From contig NC_133622.1 of NCBI RefSeq assembly GCF_048593235.1, positions 257,118,055-257,182,054 on the forward strand: a stretch of DNA of 64,000 bases, given 5' to 3'. The notes beneath the pieces are model-generated. The model was given only the letters and a program-made list of their open reading frames with translations, was not told the origin of the DNA and did not search any database. Below are positions 53,511 to 64,000 of the stretch, piece by piece. Origin of the DNA: Sminthopsis crassicaudata. Taxonomy: Eukaryota. The position numbers and the translations under genes were made by a program. Position 1 is the stretch's first letter; each line of letters starts with the position of its first letter.

Positions 53511-55383
53511 GCACCAGCCCGGACAAGAAGGCCCCATTCCAGACCTTGGTGCGATGGCTTTGCTCCTGACTTCTGGGGTCAAGCCGGCCGAGGCCGGATG
53601 GACCGTGGCCAGGAAGAGTCCCGGTCCCCGGGCCGGAGAATCAGCTTCTCGTAGGGCTGCCCGGCCCCTGGGAAGAACTGCAGTCACTACCATGATCACT
53701 CACCACCTCGTACTTAGGAGGTGCCCTAGCTCCATGTGGGGAAACTGAGGCAGGCAGAGGGCTAGTAGGCACAGCCTGGGCTCCCCTGGGGCCGGGCCAG
53801 GCCAGGCACAGCAGGCAGCCTCCCCCAGTGCCCCCTCCTATGATCTGCATGCTCCCTCTCCCTTGTCCTGGGGTGAGGCTGACTCTGGGTCAGCCAGGAC
53901 CGCCCCCCAGGGCAGGGGCTGGCCACCCCTTTTCCCCCACGTGTTGGGACAGCCTTGATTCGGTCCTCCCGAAATAAGATGGGAGGCAGACCTTCAGCTA
54001 AAGAAACTGAGGCACGGAGGATTCTGGTCAGAGCCAGAAAGGTGGCCGGAGGTCACCTCATCCAAGTCTCCCATTTTACAGATAAGGAAACTTAAGCACT
54101 CCTCTCTCCCCTCCCTCGCCCCCCTCCGTGAGTTAACTTCAGAACAGTTAACTGTGTTTGGCTCCTTGGAGATCCTCCAAGCTGTGGGGCAGTCTCCGGT
54201 CAAGGCCTTATAGCTTGGGAACAGTTGCGTCCAAATGGGCCTCAGTGCCCGTGTCAGCACCACATCCCCAAAGGGAAAGAGCACACGCCTCATCCTGGGG
54301 GTGGCGAGTGTCGCCTCGCTTCCTATTTCCTGACACACAGTAGGGGCTTTATGGCCTTCCTCTGAGGCTGGTTAAGAACTCGCTGCTTCTCGGTGACCAG
54401 AGGCCCTAACCACTGAACCACACGTCACACATCACATGAGTACCCAGAATAGCCATCCCCTCCCCAAGTTCATTTGCACTCAGCGTCCGCTCGGTCACCT
54501 CTCCCCCAGTATTCTGGAACAAGCACAGGCTCCCCATTTCCTTCTCACTGGAGGGAACAGAGGTGAGAGCTGGAAACAGGCCACAGCCTGACAGAGGGGA
54601 GTAACTACAACAGTCAGCCACGAGAACTAGGGCCTCAGCAGCCTCAGGAGAGCGCCGCCTCCAGCACCGGGCTTTCCCCAGCGCAATGATGGCAGGACGG
54701 GGTTACAAAGATTTCCCTGGGGAGCCCATTTCCTCCAACTTCAGGTCCCCTGAGGCCCCGAGGGGCCCGGGCTCCCCCTCGTCTGGGAGCCACCTTCCTG
54801 CCCCGGCCAGGACTGGAGGCCAGCTGTCTGCTCTGAGGACAGGGGAGCTCCTAGTTGGATACCCAGAAGGCCCTGGGGTCAAGGGATGTCCACAAAGGTG
54901 GCAGGAGCCGAGAAACTCGGGCCCAGAAGCAGTGGGGGGTTGGGCTGGGGGAGCCAGTGGGATGGAGAGGGATGAGCCCAGTGAGCCCGGCAGTGCCCAA
55001 GTCTGAGCCAGCTTGGCCCCTTCCCTGAGCTCTGCCCACCATGCGTGTGGCCATGCGTGGGACCCTGCCAGCTCCGGGTCCCCATCCCCCAGCCCCCTTC
55101 TGCCCACGGTGGGGGGCTGGCCACGCGTGGGATCAACATGAAACCCTGCCAGCTCCGCGTCCCCATCCCCCAGCACAGATGGGCCGGGCCGGGTTTAGGC
55201 CCCGGTCCGCCCCGACAGACACGGGGTGTCACCCCCACAGTCTCCCAGAAGCTCGCGGGGTCACACCCAGCTGCGCCGCAGCTCTCCCACGCGAGGGGGG
55301 GGGGACAGCGTGCCCACGCAGCCACGCGCGGCTCCCCCTCCCCCCCTCGCCGCCTCCCCCCACGGGCTGGCTGGCTCTCTTAC

Positions 55384-55560
55384 CTGCAGCAGCCCAGACG
55401 GAGGCGGCCACAGCGGCTCAGGCTCCGGAGGCTCGGGCCAGACGGAGGAGAAGGCTCGGGGCAGCCCAGCATCCCCCGCCCTCGCCCTCCTCCCCCTCCT
55501 CCGCCTCCCCCTCCAGCCTGTGGGCGGAGCAGGAGCCTCCCCGCCCCCTTCCCCCCGCCC
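55384..55560 (-). other. Candidate first exon of the TBC gene (5' boundary approximate)
   Basis: Strong donor CAG|gtaaga at 55384/55383 within CpG-rich sequence just downstream of GC boxes and a ZNF143-type motif. Confidence 0.5.
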
Positions 55561-55800
55561 CCATTTCTCTTTCCCTTTCTCCCTCCTCTCAGGCCCTCCT
55601 ACCGCCCCTTTCCGTCCCCCCGCCCCGCCCACCAGTGGAGCAGCAGCGCCACCCAGTGGTGTCAGACCCGAAAGGCCGAGTTCTGGACTCATGTGCAATG
55701 ACTCCTCGCCCCGAGGCCGCGGGGAGTTGTAGTCCAGACTCTGTTTTTGTAGTCCAGACTTTGTTGCTCTGCTGGTCTCCGGGGCCCGACGGCCATTTGT
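55540..55800 (-). promoter_or_regulatory. Promoter with GC boxes and ACTACA(N)NTCCC (ZNF143/THAP11) motif
   Basis: GGGAGTTGTAGT at 55722-55733 is the reverse complement of ACTACAACTCCC; TTGTAGTCCAGACT repeated 20 bp later. Confidence 0.6.
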
Positions 55801-57479
55801 AGACAGGGGGAAGACGTACCCATTCCCCAGATGGAAGTGTACGCAGTGCCCGGGATGAAGGCACAACCGGCGGATCTGTGATCAATCAATCCCTGGGCAA
55901 GCATTAAGCCCTTGCTGTGCGCTGGGCCCTGGCAGCCGAAGACAAAGCACGACGTCCTCTGCGTGGCAAAGGCTCCCGGCCCTTCTCTGGCCAAATCTCC
56001 AGCCTGTAGCTCCAGAAGGGAGCCAGGAAGTATTGGCAGTAGACCTGCCTGGCAGCGGGGGGAGGCTCGGGGTAGGGGACGCAGGCCTGCCTGGCAGGGG
56101 CGGGGGAGGCTCGGGGTAGGGGACGCAGGCCTGCCTGGGGTGGTCAGTCCCAAGGAGGTGGGAGACAGAGGGCCCTGGCTCAGGGGCAGAGACAAGGCTT
56201 GTTTGAGTGGCCCGAACAGAGGTCAAAGGAGTGCTGAACCGAAGGGGGCCTTTTACCCAGGGGGCGCTGGCGTGGTTCTAGAAGTGGCAAATCTTCATTC
56301 AAAGATGGCTTGGGTGGCAGTGGGTGGAATGGCTTGTAGTGGGGGGAGACTTTTTTCAATTTCAATTTTATTTTATATAAAACATTTTTGCAGCTTCTCT
56401 GGAGTGTGTAGGGGGGGAGGCCCGCCCTCTTCTGACTCATTTTCTCCCTTGCCCCCTCTCAAGTTATTCCAGCTTCAAGGAAAAGGGAGTATGGGGATTG
56501 GGCAGAGGCTGTACCCCTCTTCTTCTTCTATGGGGGAGGAGGGCAGCGAGGCTTCCAGGCATCCCGGTTACTTGGTGATCTCGAGGCACAAAGAAGGTGA
56601 GTGTATCCAGCCCCCGTGCGCAGCCAGCTTGGCTGTACAGGAACAGTGCGCAGATGTCTCCCGCTGGCTGACTTCACCGCCGGCTTCCCCACGGCCAGGA
56701 GCATGTTCTGTGGCCACAGCCGGGATCGCCCCAGTCACTCCTCCATCCTCAGGAGAAGGGTCCTGAACGTGGGCCCCTGGGAGGCTGGTGGGACCTTGGG
56801 CGGAGGGAAGCTAGGAAGAGAAGAGATCCTGCGAGGAAAGGGCACGAGCCCAGTGTCGGATATGTGGAGTTTAAGGTATCCTTGGGATACCCCGTTGGTA
56901 ATACCCACCGGGCTGTGGATGGTGTAGGTGTGGAGTTCAGGGAGAGCCGGGGGTTGGAATTCGGGAGTCACATGCAGTAGGGGGCTAACTGAAGCCCAGG
57001 GAGACTATTGAGATCATGAGGAAAGAACAGATCGGGACACCCCCAGGTAGCGGGCACGGCCTCGGACAATGACCCCTAAGACAGGAGTAGGAGCAGGCCG
57101 GCGGGAGTGGAGGAGGGAGGATCCAGGAGGAGAGAGAGGAGAGGGAGGATCCGGGAGGAGAGAGAAGTGCCAAGGAGAATCCTGGGGGAGAAGGAGAGAG
57201 GATCCAGAAGGAGCCTGCTCCCCAGGTCTAAGAGACGGCCAGAAGCAGGACGGAGAAAAGGCCGCAGACAACGTTAAGGATAGGAAACGTTTGCTGGCTT
57301 GAATCGTGCCCGGGAAGCTGCAGCTCTCGGCCCCAGAGGACTGGGCCAAGGCCCCCAGCGTTCATCCCGCATTAGAGTCGGCTCGGCTCGGGATATACAA
57401 AATAACAAATTACCAGACACGCGATACAAAGTAACTACTACACGTGATACAAAGTAGCTCAGGAAAGCTGCAGAGGCGG

Positions 57480-58700
57480 CCCGAGAGTGGCTGCAGACAA
57501 GCTCTGGCCCCGCCCCTCCCGCCATAGCCCCACCCTCCCCCGCAAAGGCCCCGCCTCCTGCCGCTCTGGCCCCGCCCCCGAGACTAGGTTAACGGACCCA
57601 GTAGGGCCTTGGGCCTCCTCCCGTGTGCGTCGCTACCGTAGCTGCGGGACTCTTGGCCCGGCCCGGCCCCGAGGGAGGGAGGGAGAAGCGAGGCCGAGGT
57701 GAGTGTGCCCGGGGCCGGTCCTGCCGGATGCCTGGGTCCTCCCTGAGCCCTCAGACCCGAGTCCGGGGCTCCGGGGGACGTGGGACGGGAGTGTTCCCCC
57801 ATCCCCCATCCCCTCCACGGGCGGCGGGGGCGGGGCCTCGCGCTTCTCCACCCACGCGCAGACACGCACACGCAGTGTCCGCGTGAGGCCACGGCGTGCC
57901 CCGGGACGCCTCGCGAGGGTAAGGCCCCTCCCTCCACGCAAGGCGCGTGCCCGGAGCTAGAGCCCTTCCTTCCGCGTCTGAAGTCGCCCCCACGCGGCAG
58001 CCCCGGGACTGCGAGGTGCGAAGGTGGGACGACTCTCGGGGTCCGACCCCGGCCCGGGGGTGGGGGCAGGACCTGCGCGCGCCCTCAGCCCTCGCCGCGC
58101 CGCTTCCGGGCCGAGCCTGACTCCGCCGCCCGCGGGCCATGCCGGGGCTGCTGCGGTGGCCGCGGTGGGGAGTTTCTTGGCCGGGCCGCCCACCCTCTCG
58201 GGACCCGGGTCTCGGGACCCCGGATTCGTCCTTCCGGAAGCTGCGGACCCCCCGGGGCGGCCCCGCGCCCACAGGTCTCCGGGGCCGGGCCTCGGGCTCC
58301 GATGGTAACTGCCCCTCGTGGCCGGCCGTCTCTCCCCTCCCCCCTCCAAGTTGGTGCCGAGATTGCCGGGAGCCGGGCCCGCCCCGGCCTTGGGCGATGG
58401 CGGGGAGGTAGCCCTGCCTGGGGGCGGCCACGCGGGGTTCCGGGTTGGGGAGGCCAGGAAGTGAGGGGAGGGCAGCCTGGGAGTAGACCCGCGGGGGCGG
58501 GGGGGGGGGTGCCGCTCCCTCCTGCGGCCTCTGGTCCGGGTTTGGAAGGGACCCCAAAAGGTTGGGCTCAGACCCGGGTCTCAAAAGAATTTGCATCTCC
58601 AAGTCAGGGGGTAAAGTTTGGCCTGGGGGTTCGAGCTAGAATTCGCGCTGCCCCCGGTCCCGGGACCAGGAGGCCCTGGCCGGCCTTGGCCGGCCGGTTC
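57480..58700 (+). promoter_or_regulatory. RNH1: RNH1 CpG-island promoter and non-coding first exon (ends 57698)
   Basis: GC boxes at ~57507-57575, donor GAG|gtgagt at 57698/57699, downstream acceptor ctccag| at 62596 before the RNH1 ATG. Confidence 0.7.
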
Positions 58701-61700
58701 GAAGGTTGGGGGGGAGGGGGGACATCGGGACAACAGAAGCCCCTCCCCCCCCACGAGGGGGGACTTAAAGTGCTTGCTGTCTCCCCTGGGAGTTGTGTTC
58801 CATCAAAAGGGAACATGGGGCAGCGGCACCCGCTGGTCTGGGGGGACCCCATTCCTCCAGCTCAGGCACCGTTAATCATTTTACAGAATCTCTTTTGGTC
58901 TCCCCTTCCCCAAAGGCAGGTGCTGACAGTAGTGACTTAGAGGGGGAGCCTGAGGTCAGGGGCCCTGGGGAAGGCCTGCGGCCCCCAGGGCCTTCCAGAT
59001 GGGCGTGGCCTCCAGCTTTCTGCCTCCCCCCCCTTTTTGAGAAAATAGTGACAGCCCACTTACTGGCTCCTGGCGACTTCAGGGGCTTGGCGGCACTGCC
59101 AGCCTCAGTCTCCCCTTCTGTCCCCGGCCACCACCACAGTGGATGATCAGCAGCATTTACCTGAAGTTTTTCAGTCTCTCCCTTGGGCAGGTCCCCAGTT
59201 TATCTGAGAACTGATTTGAATTCTGGCCTTCGGGCATGTGGGTAATCGCCCCTGGGAACCCCCCTCCCCCCTGGGAACCTCCCTTCCCTCTGGGAACCCC
59301 TCCCCAATGGGCATTCCCGTGTGGGTCCGCCCCTCCGGGCTGGGAGATCCCTCCCTCCCCCTCCCAGGGAGGGTCTAGGAGCCCTGCTCTGGGCCGGCAC
59401 CCCTGGAGGGCGGGGTCCTGGGGGAGGAGCCGCGGCCTGGGAGCTCTGAGTCATGGGACTTGAGTCACATCCCCGCCTAGAGTAGGTAGCAGCTGTTGCC
59501 TGGCTCCGCGGGTCTCCCGGGCCTTTTGGGGCGCTCTTCTCTCTCGGTGCAGGTAAGCAGGGGCTCCTGGGGCCCTCCCACTTCTCAGCCTGGCCCAGGG
59601 GGCGGAGGATGCTCCCAAACTGGCAGCTCCCTGTCTGCTTCCGGCTGCTGGGGGAGGGGAGGCAGCGTCCAGACCGCGCTGAGCCAGACGTCAGGGGGTC
59701 CCTTGTAGCTAGGACTGGGAAGGAAAGCCTTGAAGGCCAGCCCAGAGGGTTTGGAGAGAGACGGCCCTAGCCAGGTGGTGCGGGGAACATGATGTAGTGG
59801 GGGGGAGGGGGCCAGGGCTGGCAGAGGTTGTAGGCCGCCGGGGGGGAGGGGTCTCTCGGCCTTGGAGGGTTGGACTCTGCTTCTGGAGCAACTGCCCGAA
59901 GAGGCCAGAGCTGGGAGGGCTCCCAGGTGGCCGTGGGGGCCCAGCTCCACCCCGGCTGACTCCTCACACAGTGGCTGCGTGCCCGCTGTGGGCCGGGCCG
60001 TGTGCCAGAGCCAGGCCCGGCACGCCAGGCGGAGCGAGTGCAAAGGCTCGGCCGGCACCGGGGCCAGTGGGACTACAAGGGGGGGGTCTGTGGGTCTGGA
60101 GGGGGCCTGTAACCTTGACTGAGGTCTGGTGGGAGGGGGAGAGCAGACACAGGGCCAGGGGCGCCCCCTCGGGAGAGACCCTCACCCTCTCTACCTCAGG
60201 CTTCTGCACCTGCCCTCAGTCCCAGAGCGGGACGGGCACTCACTTTCAGCAGCCAGGGGGGCAGCAAGCAGGGAGGGGGCCCACCTCCTTACTGTGGAAG
60301 ACATATTTTTGACCTGACATGGGGGGCCCTGGGGCATTTCTCCCGTTGGGGGGGTTGTGGTCCAGACCCCCCAGCCCTGGGGACAGAGCTTTGCCATGAC
60401 CTTGTCTGAAGGCACCCTCATCCCTGCCTCCTTTTGCTTCCTTCTCTATTGGGGTAGGCGTGGGGGGGGTCCCAGGACCGGAGCTGGAGGGCTTGGCTGT
60501 CCCCTTCTTTTTTGGCCTCTTGTGTGGTGGCAAAGACCCCCCTTCTCTATAGACCCAGGAGCTCTCTTTCCTTGTTTATGATGAAAGGGGCCTTTATGGC
60601 TAAATCACACGCCCTGGGCGCTGCCTTTGTTCTTGGGGTGAGATGTTTGTCTGTGCCCCATTTCTACCCAACGGCTTTGCACTTTTCCCAAGCAGTTTGG
60701 GCCACGTAGTTAATTTTTGCCCCCAAACTCCAATCTTAGGTTCTCAAATCCTAGATTACATGGGCAGCTGGCCTTGGACCCGAGTTCAGATTTAGCCTCA
60801 AACACTTGTGCGACTTGTCACTTCCCCTCATGTACCTCAGTTTCCTCATCTGTAAAATGAGCTGGAGAAGGAAATGGAAGCCACTCCAGAAAAGCCCAAC
60901 TTGAGTCACAGAGAGGGGGACACAACTGAACCACAACAGCAGCAGAGCACCACGGCCTCGGTCCCGGGGACGCCGATGGTCCGCTGCTCTTTGGCTTAGC
61001 CAGGACCACACGCTTTTGATGACTGGTCCAAGGAGAAATCTAACCAGCGGATAAAACGAGCCTAAGATCAGTAGGGGCTAGAGAGCTCTCAGTAAGGATC
61101 CAGCCATCATTTGTGCCAAAGACTAGTCAAGAGCTTTCGACCTGAGACCCCGAGGCCCTTGCAGACTGCAGGACATTTCCTTGAGGGAGGGAAGGTTATG
61201 GGTGGGCTTGATCCTATCTGGCTCAAGGACTAGGAATTGCTGGAGCAATCTGGTTTTCACCAGCATGAAAGCTCTTAGTCCCTGGGGAAGGGTCCCTTTT
61301 GGGTGGGGCCCTGCTCAAACTAGTTAGTGGCAGGTGCTTTGGGGACTGAGGATCTCCACTTCTGAGATCTTAATAAGAGAACAAATTTTGGCTGGTCCGG
61401 TGGCTTTTAATGGTCATAGCTTCATTTCCCTCGACTGCCCTGCAGCCTGGCTTCAAGTCTGCTTCCCTTCACGTGGTTTTCTGAATCCCCCATATTCTCG
61501 AACTTTGGTTCTTCCAGATGAGTTTTATTATTTTTTTCGAGCTCTAAGAAATACTTTTCCCTAGTGGGGTCGGTGCGGAGTCAAATAAGCGAGCTGAGAT
61601 CGAATTCTGCCTTTATTCTTAGAGTGGCTTGTGGGTCTACCCCAAGAAACTCCCTTCTGCAGTTTCTCATTTGCATGGATTTGAGGTGCTCAGAGACCTT

Positions 61701-62616
61701 AAGCCGCTGGTCCTTTGACTTTTCTGCTCCACCCTTCTTTTGAGATCCTCTGGGCTTCCCCCCTGCTGCCTCCTGGCCACACCTGTTCCTCTCCCTGGGA
61801 ATTGTCTTGTCTCTAAGGCTGCTCTGGCTCCAAGGCTAGGCAGGCCCAGTCCTGCAGTGCCCTAGAGGGGGACAAGGGCAAGGGTCAAGGCCTGTGGCGA
61901 TTTGGGGGGGACTGGGCAGAAGTTTAGGCTCCCTGTCAGGAGCAGCCAGAAGCTGCCGAGGCTGGAGATTATGGGTCTCCATCTGGGCCCGGGTTAGGCA
62001 GAGGCCTCCAAAGCCCCAAATGACTCACTGGATTGGGCCAGGGACTGCTCTCTACTCCTAGCCCTGGCTTGTGGTGCCCTGGGGGCCTCTATCCTAGCCT
62101 CGGCCTTCTGCTTCTTGCCCCTAACTTGAGGCTTCCCCTCAGCTCTCTACCATATTGGTTGTTTGTGTTAGCCTGGAGTTCCAGGAGCCCTTGCTTACCT
62201 ACCCTTCCCCAGCACCCATACTACTGCCTCAGGGAATCGGGGTGCCCACTGGCCCCTTGACCTGATTCCTTGGGAAGGGAACCTGCGAATGGGTGGCTCG
62301 GGTCCCTGCTTGGAGAGGGGGGCCACTGAGCGAGAACGAGAGGGGACCGCCCCCGTTGGGAAGGTCTGTCCTGTTGATTGATGGAGGGGAGGGAATGGCC
62401 CCCGTGCACCCTCCATGCATCTGTTGTAAACACAGCCGGAGCAGACTCGGGGTGAGTTTGGGCTGTACCCCGCCTCTCCCCAGTCCAGTGGGGCCTGTGG
62501 GCGTGTTGGCAGGTGCAATCTCTCAGCAGACGGGCTCTGGTTCCTGGGGGCGCTCCAACTGGCCTGACTTTGCCCCCTACCCATCTCCCTCTCCAGGTAC
62601 CACTCCCTCGCCCACC

Positions 62617-63761
62617 ATGAGCCTGGACATTCAGTGTGAGGATCTGAGCACTGCCCGCTGGACGGAGCTTCTTCCCTCTATGCAGCAGTATGGCGTCATC
62701 AGGTAGGGACTGGCTCCTGCTGTGGCTGTGGGGACGGGGGTAAGGGGGCCAGCTGTGGCGGTCCCCCGGGCCTCTCCAGAAAGGGGGGCCCCTTTTGCCC
62801 TTGGGGTTCCCGGGCCAGGCGGCCTCTGGGGGCCCCACTTCTGACCCGGCCTTCGTCTTCAGGCTCGACGACTGCGGCCTCACAGACGCCATGTGCGCCA
62901 AAATCAGCTCCGTGCTCCAGGACAACTTGTCCCTGACAGAACTCAGCCTCGCCAACAACGAGCTGAGGGACTCGGGGGTGCAGATGGTGCTGAGCGGCCT
63001 GCAGACTCCCACCTGCAAGATCCAGAAGCTCAGGTGAGTGCCTCGGGTGGGTTGGGCTGCAGGAGCTGCCCCTGCCTGGGCCGAAGCGGGAAGCACTCGC
63101 ACCCCCGGTCCCCGCCCCGCTTTGTGGCCCTGACCCCGGGCGCCGCCCCCGTCTCTGCCAGCCTGCAGAACTGCAACATCACGGGCGCCAGCTGCGAGCT
63201 GATCCCGGCCCTGCTGCGCACCAAGTCCACCCTGACGGACCTGCAGCTGAGCGACAACCACCTGGGCGACGAGGGCGTGAAGCTGCTGTGCGAGGGCTTG
63301 ATGGACCCCAAGTGCAACCTGCAGAGGCTGGAGTGAGTGCCCGGCCCGGGCCCTCCGGGCCGCTGGGATCAGAGCAAGGGTTAGGGGAGAGGTTGGGGGG
63401 GCAGCCGAGGCCGTAGGAGGGGGTAGGGAACGAGGGGTTGGGAGGAGAGGGGTCGGGTTTGGACCTGGGGCGTCGATCCGAGAACGGAGAGCAATAGAGA
63501 TCGGGGCAGGAAAGGCAGAGCAGTCACTGCATGGCGGGAGGAGGGGCCGGGGCGGCCGGGGTCCTCAGTGCCCTTTGCCCTCCCGGCCAGGCTGGAGTAC
63601 TGCGAGTTCACCTCTGCCAGCTGCGAAGCTCTGTCCTCCGTGCTCAAAAGCAAGAACTCCCTGAAGGAGCTGACCCTGAACAACAACGAGCTGGGCGAGG
63701 CCGGGGTGCTCCTCCTCTGCCAGGGCCTGATGGAGCCCAACTGCAACCTGCAGGTCTTGAA
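62617..63761 (+). CDS. RNH1: Ribonuclease/angiogenin inhibitor, first 4 coding exons (gene continues beyond the window)
   Basis: Exons 62617-62702, 62863-63033, 63162-63332, 63591-63761 (86, 171, 171, 171 nt; phase-2 171-nt LRR exons). [20 protein letters not shown]...LDDCGLT...[16 protein letters not shown]...[20 protein letters not shown]. Confidence 0.97.
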
Positions 63762-64000
63762 GTGAGTGCTCCGGGGCCGGAGAGCAGGGCTCTGAGCAGG
63801 TCGCTCAGCGGCCTCCCCTCCCGCGGGGGCCGGCTGCTCGGGGACGGGACGGAACTCGACGCCATGTTGGTCAGGGGTCCGGCGCAGGCCGGGAGGCGGG
63901 GCAGGACCGCCTGGGAGCCTCCCAGAGGCAAGGGTGCAGCTGTGAAGTCCCTCCCGGGCCCGGCCCCAGGAGGGCGCCCGCTGCCGGGGGGCACGGCAAG

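Overview
Eukaryotic, intron-containing mammalian DNA, most likely from an Australian marsupial (inferred from WSINE1-type SINEs and marsupial-type L1 ends). The window corresponds to the HRAS-RNH1 neighbourhood (human 11p15.5). 1-5 kb holds an L2 remnant and a CpG-island promoter with an RFX X-box, facing left (possibly for LRRC56). 5-25 kb is AT-rich and packed with nested L1s, SINEs, solo LTRs and a 3.4-kb internally deleted, gag-only betaretrovirus-like provirus with intact TSDs. 25-64 kb is very GC-rich and minisatellite-rich. It contains a complete HRAS (189 aa; intron 1 swollen by a ~1.2-kb minisatellite; no room for the IDX exon; in-frame uORF), then, tail-to-tail with HRAS, a complete 13-coding-exon TBC-domain Rab-GAP gene (609 aa from the internal ATG), then the promoter and first four coding exons of RNH1. 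The TBC gene is the most interesting element. It is a USP6NL paralogue with intact catalytic fingers that in several segments resembles primate TBC1D3/USP6 more than USP6NL does. Its first TBC-homologous exon has a GG instead of AG acceptor, and its tail carries an ActA-like EVH1 ligand. Comparisons with human proteins are from memory and need a database check.
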